Assembly (NCBI GenBank): GCA_050633305.1
Contig: JBOEGF010000011.1
Span: 95,312-159,311, forward strand
DNA length: 64,000 bases
DNA from: Nannocystales bacterium
GTDB lineage: Bacteria > Myxococcota_A > Polyangia > Nannocystales > Nannocystaceae
Direction of reading: 5' to 3'
Position numbers and translations under genes: made by a program. The notes beneath the pieces are model-generated. The model saw only the letters and a program-made list of their open reading frames with translations, was not told the origin of the DNA and did not search any database. Shown here in pieces: positions 8,598 through 17,024 of this stretch. The stretch's first letter is position 1, and each line of letters opens with the position of its first letter.

Positions 8598-10085
8598 TCA
8601 GTCGACGAAGCCGTGAAGCATCCATCGGCGACGCGGGCGGTCGTAGAAAATCCACAACGTCTCGCCGGTGGAAGTGTGCGCGAAGTAGTAATCGCGCTCG
8701 ACCGTACGGACCCACCAGCCTCCACTGACCCGATACGGGCCATCGAGTGAAGCGACTGTACCCCGGCGTCCAAGCCATGCTTCTGGTTCGTGTCGGGGCC
8801 TTGGGGGCAAGGGTCGTGGACGCGGCAGCACGCGTCGGCACAAGGGCAGGGCCTCACTTGGGGCGGTGACCGACGGAAAACCGATCTGTTGAACGGGCTC
8901 CCACGCATAGCTGGCCTCGGGGAGGTGGGCTGACTTTAGCGTGGCGCGGGTAACAGACTCGGGGCCATAGGCGGCGCGGAGACGGGCCACGGCTCGGTTG
9001 GCCGCGTCGAGATCTCGCTGGCTCTGGGTGCGAAACAACGCCAGTTGCTCGGTGGTGGCGTCGACACCCTCGAGCCGAAGTCGAACCTCTTCGATCGGGG
9101 CCGGCAACGTGACCGATTCGAGTCGCAACCGTACGAGCTCGAGCAGGGACACAACGTCGAGCGTGGGTCCGGCAGGTTCGATGTATTGGTCACAGGTACC
9201 GGCGTGGTCGAGTTTGAGCTCGAGATGCAGCATCGAGAGCGCTTGGTGCCGCGTGGCGAGCTGCTTCATGAGCCCATGCAGTTTGCCTTTGAGTCCAAAC
9301 AGCAGCCGCATGTGATCGCCATCGGGAGGCTCGAGCTGTAGCTCGCCTTCGACGGGGTCTTCGAGTGGGCGAGGCTGCATGGGCGCCCAGCGATCCGAGG
9401 CCAACGCGTGTAGCTTCGTCGCTTCGGAGCCAAACCGCGTCGGAAGCTCGGCGGCGGGGAGCCGCAAGAACGCGCCGAGGGTACGGATGCCCAAGACCAT
9501 GAGGTGGTCTCGGAGCTTGGGGGATATGCCCAGTGCGGACAGGGGGACCTTGGCCGCACGTCGGGACTCGATGTGTGCGGAGGGCTGCACCTGCATGCGT
9601 CGAGGGCCTGCTGTTCGAGCGAGTGCGTAGGTGCGATAGCGGTGAAACCCAACGACGACGGAGGCGACCCAACCAGCGGCACGCAGGGCTTCGGCCAGGG
9701 CGTTGCCCCACTGATCGATGCTGCCGTACAGGGGCACCATGCCGCCGGGGTCGACCCAGAACACGCCGGGCTCTTGCGTGGACGGCTCGACGCGTGGCGA
9801 GAAGTTGCACAGCGTCAGATGCAGCTTGGCGACCGCTTCGTCGATCTCGTGCGGTTCGACCACCGCCGCACGCAGCTCGGTGCTCAGCGAGCGCGCTGCA
9901 GCGAACGTCATGCCGGGCAAGATGCGGTGTCGTCTCGCGTGCGCGTTGGCCCAGAGGATGACGCCTTGAGGTCGGTCGTCACGCACCACAACGCAGGGGT
10001 ACGGCTGCCACTGAGGCCGTTGCTCGAGCAACAACTGCAGCGGCAATGCCGGCACGTCGACGCATGCGATCCGGGAAACGGACAC
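8598..10085 (-). CDS. imuB: ImuB, inactive Y-family polymerase homolog
   Basis: RIACVDVPALPLQ, GILPGMT-like segment, FSPRVE, LGIRTLG, and C-terminal GPYRVSGGWW...RDYY...WMLHGFVD. Confidence 0.92.
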   Translation of the reverse strand: MSVSRIACVDVPALPLQLLLEQRPQWQPYPCVVVRDDRPQGVILWANAHARRHRILPGMTFAAARSLSTELRAAVVEPHEIDEAVAKLHLTLCNFSPRVEPSTQEPGVFWVDPGGMVPLYGSIDQWGNALAEALRAAGWVASVVVGFHRYRTYALARTAGPRRMQVQPSAHIESRRAAKVPLSALGISPKLRDHLMVLGIRTLGAFLRLPAAELPTRFGSEATKLHALASDRWAPMQPRPLEDPVEGELQLEPPDGDHMRLLFGLKGKLHGLMKQLATRHQALSMLHLELKLDHAGTCDQYIEPAGPTLDVVSLLELVRLRLESVTLPAPIEEVRLRLEGVDATTEQLALFRTQSQRDLDAANRAVARLRAAYGPESVTRATLKSAHLPEASYAWEPVQQIGFPSVTAPSEALPLCRRVLPRPRPLPPRPRHEPEAWLGRRGTVASLDGPYRVSGGWWVRTVERDYYFAHTSTGETLWIFYDRPRRRWMLHGFVD

Positions 10086-10094
10086 CCATGGATC

Positions 10095-10122
10095 GGTATA
10101 CTGTTCGTACTTTCAGGTTCAA
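10095..10122 (-). promoter_or_regulatory. Putative sigma70-type promoter of imuB with SOS box in the spacer
   Basis: Minus strand TTGAAC-[CTGAAAGTACGAACAG]-TATACC; the box lies at 10101-10116. Confidence 0.65.
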
Positions 10123-10164
10123 GAGATCTCTCAGAAAGGGTCTCTTAGGCCGGATCTGAGCACC

Positions 10165-11664
10165 ATGGCGCTCTGCGGGGTTACCGCGGAAGGCACGCGG
10201 TCGCTGGGTGCGTCACACTTGGGGCGCGTGAACGCCCCCGCGCCACGCCGTCCGCGAGGACGGTACCGCTTCTTGCCGCCTCCGCGGTGGGCGGCGCAGT
10301 TCCATGCCTGGGTCGGTCGTCGGGTTGCGGTCAACCCGATGGTGTTCTCGATGATCAAGTTGGTCGTCGTCACGCCGCTGTTGATCGCGGCTCTGAGTCC
10401 GATGGATGCCGTGCCGAGTACCCGCTTCGTGGTGCTCGGACTTCTGGTCGCATTTCTGTTGCTGGACTACCTCGATGCTGCGGTCGCGCGCCATGGTGCG
10501 CTGGAGTCCAAGGCGGCGCGGATCCTCGACCGCGTCACAGACTATCCACTGCTGATCGCGGTGGCCTACTTCGCGGTGCCGTTGGTCGATGAGCGATTGT
10601 TGGTCGCCAAGGTCGCTCTCGACTTCGCGTTGCTGGGGCTCTACGTGATGGGGCGCGGCCGGACCGACAACCGCCTGCGAGCCGGCATCAGCTATGCCGC
10701 TCTCATTGCGCTGTTGTTCGCGGTGCAGGGCTGGGGCGGTCGGGTGCTCAACTCGCAGGCGATCGAGTACCTGCTGTGGGCCAACATCGCGTACCTGGCC
10801 ACGACCGCCGCGTTCTACCTGGGCCTGCTGCAAAAGCGCTTCGTCGCCGATGCTCTTTCGGGCGCAAACCTCCTGTGCGGCATCTTCAGCATCATCTTCG
10901 CCTCTCGCGGACGTTTTGAGATCAGTCTCATGTTCGTGTTGCTGGGCACCGCGTTTGACGGATTCGATGGTGCGGCCGCACGGCGCTGGGGTGGGACCAG
11001 CATCGGGGTCTACTCCGATGATGTCGCCGACGGGGTCAACTACGGCATCGCGCCTGGCTTCGCGCTGTACTACGTGCTCGGCGAGGGGGTGTCGGGGCTG
11101 TTCGTTGGCATCTTCTACGCGGTCTTCGTGATCGCGCGGCTGGTGTTCTTCACGCTGAACAAGGCCGACAGTGATCCCAACTACTTCGCGGGGGTGCCCT
11201 CGCCCGTCGGAGGTATCGTCGCGATGGCCTCGATCGTGTTGTTCGAGCACGAGCCGGGTGCGCTGGGGTTGATGATCGGCATCGCGTGCGCGCAGATGGT
11301 GTCGTTCTCGACCCACTACCGCCACTTGGGCCGGGCGATCGCCAAGCACCGCAAGGCGTTGGTGGGCGCGCCGCTGTACCTGGTGGTGTTGCTCATGGGG
11401 TTGAAGCTCGGTGGTCCGCGAGGCGCGGCTGCCGTGATCTTGGCGGGCAACCTCGCCTACGGATTCCTGCCCATGGTGCTCGCGTTTGCCCGAGTGCTCT
11501 CGATTCGTCGGTCGGCCCGGCTCGGCCTTCCGGAGTCTGCGACCGACGAAATCGAAGCGGGCGTAGACGACGGTGAGGAGCCTCCTGCGGAGGATGAGGC
11601 GGAAGCGCAGCCCAGCGGCAAGTCTTCGCTGGCGCCCGTGGCCGCGGCCGATGCATCCTCCTGA
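10165..11664 (+). CDS. CDP-alcohol phosphatidyltransferase with two tandem domains (C-terminal PssA-like)
   Basis: Domain 1 has DYLDAAVAR...ILDRVTD. Domain 2 has DGFDGAAAR...GVYSDDVADGVNYGIAP...YFAGVPSP. The start may be GTG 10228. Confidence 0.8.
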   Translation: MALCGVTAEGTRSLGASHLGRVNAPAPRRPRGRYRFLPPPRWAAQFHAWVGRRVAVNPMVFSMIKLVVVTPLLIAALSPMDAVPSTRFVVLGLLVAFLLLDYLDAAVARHGALESKAARILDRVTDYPLLIAVAYFAVPLVDERLLVAKVALDFALLGLYVMGRGRTDNRLRAGISYAALIALLFAVQGWGGRVLNSQAIEYLLWANIAYLATTAAFYLGLLQKRFVADALSGANLLCGIFSIIFASRGRFEISLMFVLLGTAFDGFDGAAARRWGGTSIGVYSDDVADGVNYGIAPGFALYYVLGEGVSGLFVGIFYAVFVIARLVFFTLNKADSDPNYFAGVPSPVGGIVAMASIVLFEHEPGALGLMIGIACAQMVSFSTHYRHLGRAIAKHRKALVGAPLYLVVLLMGLKLGGPRGAAAVILAGNLAYGFLPMVLAFARVLSIRRSARLGLPESATDEIEAGVDDGEEPPAEDEAEAQPSGKSSLAPVAAADASS

Positions 11665-11667
11665 GTC

Positions 11668-12894
11668 ATGAGCAAGAGCTCCTCTCCCGGTCGCCGCGCC
11701 CTCGACAATACGGGCGGCAAGGCCACCGCGCATGGTGATGACGGCGAGGGGGCGCGCCTGGCTTCGATTCTCGATGGCGCTCAAGCCCGAGATGTCGATT
11801 GGCTCACGCACGGGTTTCACAGCTATCCCGCACGTATGCACCCCGCCGTGGCGCGTGGTGTTCTCGCCGCCTACGCGACGCCTGGCGACCGCGTCCTTGA
11901 TCCGTTCTGCGGCAGCGGCACGGTCTTGGTCGAGAGCCTCATCGCGGGCATGCGTAGCCGCGGCGTGGATCTCAACCCGATCGCGGTCCGGCTCAGTGGG
12001 GTGAAGTGCCAGGTCCGCGACGCGAAGTCGCGCGGCGCTTTCGCCAAGATGCTCGACGAGGTGGTTGAAGTCTCCAAGGAGCGGGTTCGGCGTAAGGCAC
12101 CCGCGATGGCACCGCTGAGCCCCCAGGAGCGGAAGCACTACGAGGTGCACGTGCTCAAGGAACTCGCCGGTCTGCACGACATCATCAGTGCGATCGATGC
12201 GGGGCCCGACAAGACCGCGCTCCAAATGCTGTTGACCGCGATCGTCGTCAAGTTCTCCAAGCAGCGCGCCGATACGGCCGACGACGAAAACACCACACCT
12301 CGTCGCATCGGTCGCTTCATTCCCAGCGAGTTTTACGGCCGCAAGGGTGCCGAGCTCGTCGAGCGTTGGGCGAGTCTCGAGGAAGCGTGCGTGGCTCGGA
12401 AGGACCCCTGGCACCGTCCCAAGGTGGTGGAAGCCGATGCTTCACGCATCAGCGGTGCTCTGCCGCCGCGTTGGGCTGCGCATCTGGTGCTCACCTCGCC
12501 ACCGTACGGCGGCACGTACGACTATGTGAACCACCATGCGCGCCGCTACCCGTGGCTCGGTGTGTCGACCAAGTCATTCTCCGCGGGCGAACTCGGTGCC
12601 CGCCGCAACTACGGAAGTGGAGGCAAGGCCCAAGCGTGGGATGACGAGGTGTCGAAGATGCTCGGGAGCATGGAGGGGGCCCTCGAAGACCAGGGGCAGA
12701 TCGTCCTGCTGATGGGCGATGGTGAGATCGCAGGCAAACGAGTCGACGTCGTGCCGCAGCTGCAGACGTTGTGTTCTCCGCTCGGGCTGCGTGTCGTCGC
12801 GTGGGCTTCGCAGAGTCGCACCGATTGGAAAGGTGGCACGCCTCGCGGCGAGCATCTGATCCTCATCCGGCGCGGCGAATCACGTCAGTGGTAG
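11668..12894 (+). CDS. Amino-(N4C/N6A) DNA methyltransferase-like protein, apparently orphan
   Basis: THGFHSYPARM, motif I DPFCGSGT, motif IV TSPPY. Confidence 0.85.
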   Translation: MSKSSSPGRRALDNTGGKATAHGDDGEGARLASILDGAQARDVDWLTHGFHSYPARMHPAVARGVLAAYATPGDRVLDPFCGSGTVLVESLIAGMRSRGVDLNPIAVRLSGVKCQVRDAKSRGAFAKMLDEVVEVSKERVRRKAPAMAPLSPQERKHYEVHVLKELAGLHDIISAIDAGPDKTALQMLLTAIVVKFSKQRADTADDENTTPRRIGRFIPSEFYGRKGAELVERWASLEEACVARKDPWHRPKVVEADASRISGALPPRWAAHLVLTSPPYGGTYDYVNHHARRYPWLGVSTKSFSAGELGARRNYGSGGKAQAWDDEVSKMLGSMEGALEDQGQIVLLMGDGEIAGKRVDVVPQLQTLCSPLGLRVVAWASQSRTDWKGGTPRGEHLILIRRGESRQW

Positions 12895-13785
12895 GCACTC
12901 GATGAGATCGCTGCCCGGCGTTCCCCAGTCGTTGGCGACGGAGGTCGATGGGAGAACTGTGTTCGACCAGCACCAGTCGTCGCTGTCGGTGTGGTCGGTT
13001 CCGGTCCAGAACTCGGCTCGTAGTGCTCGCGAGCGTCCGCTCTCGTCGTTGGGCAAGAAGCTCGCGCTGACGTCGATGACCGTGTTCCCGGAGAACACAG
13101 CGACCCGCTCGAAGGTACCGTTGCTCAACTGAACTGAGTTGGAGTAGCGGGCGAGCGGGTCGGGGCTTTCGTTGTACGGCCAGAGCTCTGCTCGAGCGAT
13201 GGCGCCGACTTCCCCGGCCGGAAGGATCGCGCTCATGGTGACGAACGTGCCGGGCGTGCCCGCGTCGTAGTCGTCCCGGTCACCGATGCCCAGGTTCAAC
13301 AGATCGATGTCGAACTCGGTCGTGTTGTAGAGCTCGAACCATTCGCAGTTGTCACCCATGCAGTTCGGGTTTGCCATCACCTCGGTGATGATGAGGTCTC
13401 CCGGCTCCAGCTCATCGACCGACAGCGTGTCGTCGCCCGTGCTCGAGGATCCTCCGGTGTCGGTATCCGGGTCGGTGTCCGTCCCGGTCTCGGTTCCCGT
13501 GTCCCCAGTGTCTGCTGTGGGGTCGGTTTCACCGACTGTGGTGTCCAGGGTCGTATCCAGAGTCGTGGGTGAGGTCGAGTCCGTGGCTGTGGCGCTGATT
13601 CCAGTGGTGGTGTTCGTCGTGCTCTGGGAGGCGGTGATCCCTGAACCCGTGCCGGAGTCTGCTCCGTCGGTCGTTCCGCCGGTTGTCGTCGTGTCGTCGT
13701 CGTCGCCGCTGCCGCCGTCGATGAAACAGCCGGTCGGAAGCACAAGTGCGAGGGTGGCGGCGAGCGTGCAGTTGGAACGAAACAT
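12880..13785 (-). CDS. Lipoprotein with Thr-rich linker and lamin-tail-like domain
   Basis: LPTGC lipobox, PGDLIITEVMANP...EWFELYN, and WGTPG near the C-terminus. Confidence 0.8.
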   Translation of the reverse strand: MFRSNCTLAATLALVLPTGCFIDGGSGDDDDTTTTGGTTDGADSGTGSGITASQSTTNTTTGISATATDSTSPTTLDTTLDTTVGETDPTADTGDTGTETGTDTDPDTDTGGSSSTGDDTLSVDELEPGDLIITEVMANPNCMGDNCEWFELYNTTEFDIDLLNLGIGDRDDYDAGTPGTFVTMSAILPAGEVGAIARAELWPYNESPDPLARYSNSVQLSNGTFERVAVFSGNTVIDVSASFLPNDESGRSRALRAEFWTGTDHTDSDDWCWSNTVLPSTSVANDWGTPGSDLIECLPLT

Positions 13786-13891
13786 GGCCACGGTTTGAGA
13801 GCTAGACGGCCCCCTTGGGGCGAAGTTGCAGCCCAATCGGGCGCAGGTTGTCGTCGCGTGTGTTTAGGGTCTCATGAAACGATAAGCATCG

Positions 13892-14332
13892 ATGAGTGAT
13901 GCAGTACGGCCCCCCGAAGTCACGGCTGAGGCGTTCATGGCCGCGGTTTCCCAGCTGGACGACGCCTACAGCAATTCGCTCTCGGTCGAGACCGTGGCGT
14001 GGGGCGAGATCCGGCTGCGCATGCGGTTCACTCCAGAATTTCTGCGCCCCGGCGGCACGATCTCAGGACCAGTGATGTTTGCCCTGTGCGATGCCGCGCT
14101 GTGGGGGGCGGTCTGGGCCGCGACGGGGGCGGCCCTGATGGCCGTGACCACGGACATGACGCTGCACTTTCTCCGCCGTCCCGGTCCCAAGGATCTGATC
14201 GCGCAAGGACGGGTGCTCAAGGTCGGGCGCCGTTTCTCCTATGGGGAGGTCACGCTCTACAGCGATGGGGACCCCAAGCCGGTCTGCCATGCGACCGGCA
14301 GCTATGCGCCGGTCGTGAATCCCGCAGAATGA
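13892..14332 (+). CDS. PaaI-family hot-dog thioesterase
   Basis: LRPGGTISGPVMFALCD, AVTTDMTLHFLR, VCHATGSY. Confidence 0.9.
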   Translation: MSDAVRPPEVTAEAFMAAVSQLDDAYSNSLSVETVAWGEIRLRMRFTPEFLRPGGTISGPVMFALCDAALWGAVWAATGAALMAVTTDMTLHFLRRPGPKDLIAQGRVLKVGRRFSYGEVTLYSDGDPKPVCHATGSYAPVVNPAE

Positions 14333-14425
14333 CGCAAAGACGCCGGCGCCGCTGGGGGGCGGTGCCGGTGGTGAGTCCAAGGCAAGTGCTTGGCGTGCTT
14401 CGTCAAAGGCGTCGAGTCGAACCGC

Positions 14426-14854
14426 CTACGCGCTCTCGCCAGCGTCGTCGTCTTGAGCGTCGTCGTCTTCAGCGTCGCCCTCCTCTTCCTCGTCTTCGTC
14501 GTCCTCCTCGTCTTCGTCGTCCTCCTCGTCTTCGTCGTCCTCCTCGTCTTCGTCGTCTTCGTCGTCTTCGTCGTCCTCCTCGTCTTCGTCGTCCTCCTCG
14601 TCGTCATCCACCCCGTTGTCGTCGACGTCGTCCATGTCATCTTCGTCTTCGGAGTCTTCGATGCCGTCGTTGTCGTCATCGTCATCGACGTCGTCGTTGA
14701 TGCCGTCGTTGTCGTCATCGGGATCTTCGGAATCCTCGATGCCATCTCCGTCGCGATCGACGAACTCCGAGGTGTCTGGGTCAGTCTGCTGGTCACAGGC
14801 GATCGGACCAAGGGCGAGGGCAGCGGCGAGGGGAGCAATGGTTCGAAGTTTCAT
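14426..14854 (-). CDS. Highly acidic small lipoprotein with TSP3-like DxDxDG repeats
   Basis: PIAC lipobox, DRDGDGIEDSEDPDDDNDGIND...DNDGIED, and a poly-D/E tail. Confidence 0.7.
   Translation of the reverse strand: MKLRTIAPLAAALALGPIACDQQTDPDTSEFVDRDGDGIEDSEDPDDDNDGINDDVDDDDDNDGIEDSEDEDDMDDVDDNGVDDDEEDDEDEEDDEDDEDDEDEEDDEDEEDDEDEEDDEDEEEEGDAEDDDAQDDDAGESA
14488..14604. repeat. 18-bp coding tandem repeat (DDEDEE)n
   Basis: Repeated CCTCCTCGTCTTCGTCGT with 9-bp variants. Confidence 0.85.
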
Positions 14855-14958
14855 GTCGAGTCTCTATCCACTCGTCACCGCAGCATTCGCTCCGTTACAC
14901 GCTCTTTCAAGCGCACGTGTCGCCCCTCGAGCACGCCGTCTTTCCGGTCCCGCTCGGA

Positions 14959-15912
14959 TCATCCAACCGGTTTGTAGGGGTCGCAGATGGCCCCTTCGAT
15001 CGACGAGTTGATCGCTTCGGAGAGGTCGAGCGTTCCGCTCAAGACCTGGTCGATGTCGAACCGGGCACCGTCGGTTGCTTCGGGGATCGCCGGTTGGCCG
15101 CCGTAGGGCGCACTCCACCCGGGCGCGACGTCTTCGCAGTTGCAGCTCCCGCCGATGTCCGCGGTGAACGAGAACACGCGGATCTGCTGGTCTTGCAGCG
15201 CCTGGACCGTCTGCGGGTAGTCGTGTTGAACGGTGATGCCATCGACGACGTTCGGCGCTTCGGAGAAGGTGTCGTCGGTCGTGTGAATGATGATCCGCGA
15301 GGTGGTATCTGCGGGTCGCCAGGCATACCCGGCGGCCGCGACGTGTAGGGCGTCGAGGCTGTTCTCCGGCCAGCTTCCGTTGCTCCCGCTGCCCGAGACT
15401 TGGCTGTTGCTCGAGGTGAAGTCACTCCACTCTTGGAAGTCTGCCTGGAGCGCGGCCGCGTCAGCGTAGGGCTGGCCCTTGCCGAGCAGGGCGAAGTCGT
15501 CGACGAACACGACGAGTCCGTAGTGTGGAGGGCTTGGGAGCTCGAGCGCGGCGATGGCTTGGTCGACGGCCAGCATCTGGTCCGCGAGTGCATCGAGGAA
15601 CGGGCCCATGGTGGTGGACACATCCATGACGAAGACAACATCAATGTCTTGCTCGCATACCGCCGGGCCGGCGGAATCGGGATCGACGGTGGTCGTGGGC
15701 GGGGCTCCAACATCGAGGATGAGACCGCCTCCAGTCGATCCTGACTCGGTTGTCTCGTCGTCCCCGGGCTCGGTGTCGGTGTCGCCGCTCGTTGTGGCGC
15801 TGAGTGTCGTGGGGAGTGAGCCCGAGGTCTGCTCGTCTTCGCGGACTTCGGAAGAGCACGCCATCAGTAAACCCGTGGCGGCCACCCAACACTGTCGTCT
15901 ACACATCACCAC
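14959..15912 (-). CDS. VWA-domain lipoprotein
   Basis: LLMAC lipobox, IDVVFVMDVSTTM (MIDAS-like), PENSLDAL, and WRPADTTSRIIIHTTD. Confidence 0.8.
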   Translation of the reverse strand: MVMCRRQCWVAATGLLMACSSEVREDEQTSGSLPTTLSATTSGDTDTEPGDDETTESGSTGGGLILDVGAPPTTTVDPDSAGPAVCEQDIDVVFVMDVSTTMGPFLDALADQMLAVDQAIAALELPSPPHYGLVVFVDDFALLGKGQPYADAAALQADFQEWSDFTSSNSQVSGSGSNGSWPENSLDALHVAAAGYAWRPADTTSRIIIHTTDDTFSEAPNVVDGITVQHDYPQTVQALQDQQIRVFSFTADIGGSCNCEDVAPGWSAPYGGQPAIPEATDGARFDIDQVLSGTLDLSEAINSSIEGAICDPYKPVG

Positions 15913-15963
15913 CCGTGAAGTGAGCCAGGAGTGGCACTCCGGGTCAAAATAATTCGTCAGGCG

Positions 15964-16668
15964 TCAGCGCATGCCCCAGGGGCCCCGTCTAGCCTCCCGC
16001 TCGACGTGCATGGTGGCGCCGGACTTGTTCTTGAGCAGGGCATGCTCCAGGGCGAAGGCCCCTGCGCCTCTTCGAGCGTCAGCACTGGACTCGCGGGTGC
16101 GGCGGACCTCGATTCGGGCGCCGATCAGGGTGCCCAAAGAGTCGTCCACGGCAGCTTTTTCGGTCAACAGGACGACGTGGCTGTTGTGCTGTCGGGCGAG
16201 TCCGAGCAGCCGCCCTTGCCACGCTTCACGACCCGAGGGGGGAGCACCCTGGGTGAAGTCGAGGACGACGATGCCAAACGCTCCGCTGCGCAGGAGCAGC
16301 TCGGCGGCTTTGCACAAAGCGTGTGGCTGAGCGCGAGTGGGGTGGGGCCCACCAGGAAGGGGCACATGGATGACGAGCAGGGCACTCAGGTCGATGCCGC
16401 AGGCGGCGAGGTCGGGGGGGTAGAGGGCACCTCCGCGGGGTTGGATCCACGCGGCCGTTTCGCCAGCCTGCTGCGCATCTCGTAGGACCCGGACCGCGGC
16501 GGAGGTTCGTGCGGTGGCGAGAGGTCCGTTGGGGTCGCCTGAGAGTTCGAGCAAGCGCCCTGGACCCACAGCACCGTAGAGGGTCTGGGGGTCGTCACGC
16601 TGCGGAGGCGCTTCGGCTTGGGAGGACGCACGGGCGACATGCGGCAGGCGAAGCAGCGCAGCGTTCAC
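15964..16668 (-). CDS. imuA: ImuA, RecA-like mutasome accessory protein
   Basis: GRLLELSG with degenerate Walker A, LYPPDLAACGIDL, AAELLLRSGAFGIVVLD, LLKNKSG. The context of imuB, dnaE2 and an SOS box agrees. Confidence 0.85.
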   Translation of the reverse strand: MNAALLRLPHVARASSQAEAPPQRDDPQTLYGAVGPGRLLELSGDPNGPLATARTSAAVRVLRDAQQAGETAAWIQPRGGALYPPDLAACGIDLSALLVIHVPLPGGPHPTRAQPHALCKAAELLLRSGAFGIVVLDFTQGAPPSGREAWQGRLLGLARQHNSHVVLLTEKAAVDDSLGTLIGARIEVRRTRESSADARRGAGAFALEHALLKNKSGATMHVEREARRGPWGMR

Positions 16669-16674
16669 ATGGAC

Positions 16675-16702
16675 ATGGTACTGCCTGCGTGTTCAGTGTC
16701 AA
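16675..16702 (-). promoter_or_regulatory. Putative sigma70 promoter of imuA with SOS box in the spacer
   Basis: Minus strand TTGACA-[CTGAACACGCAGGCAG]-TACCAT. The plus-strand box CTGCCTGCGTGTTCAG (16681-16696) resembles the Myxococcus LexA site ending in GTTCAG. Confidence 0.75.
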
Positions 16703-16716
16703 TCGTTCGTTTGGAT

Positions 16717-16953
16717 TCACTCGCCTCGTTCCGCCAGCACCGAAACCAGCACGGCATGAATCGCCTTGTCCTCGAGTCCCCGCAGGGTGCCCAGGACGCT
16801 CGCGGTCCAATCTTGCAGGCCGAGCGCGGCGATGCCCGCAGGCGTGAGCGGCACCTCGGTTTCTTTGCGGTACACCGCGCGCAGCAGCGTCCGCAGTCGC
16901 GGTGTTGGCACCTCGCGCAGTCCCACTCCTCGAAGGGCTTGTCCAGACGTCAT
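16717..16953 (-). CDS. Small helical hypothetical protein
   Basis: 78 aa with protein-like composition, ending LRGLEDKAIHAVLVSVLAER. It fits the gap between imuA and the RND operon. Confidence 0.6.
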   Translation of the reverse strand: MTSGQALRGVGLREVPTPRLRTLLRAVYRKETEVPLTPAGIAALGLQDWTASVLGTLRGLEDKAIHAVLVSVLAERGE

Positions 16954-17024
16954 GCGCCGGCATGATGGCGACTTTCGGAGCCGACTGCTAGACCAGCCCT
17001 ACTTCGCTCCCGGCACCCCGCGCC

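Noticed and set aside
10213..12414. 733-aa minus-strand ORF
   Set aside because: Antisense shadow of two motif-supported plus-strand genes, as expected in high-GC DNA.
14390..14977. Hydrophobic repetitive plus-strand ORF (VFVVLL)n
   Set aside because: Mirror of the acidic D/E repeat; the minus-strand ORF has the lipobox and sensible motifs.
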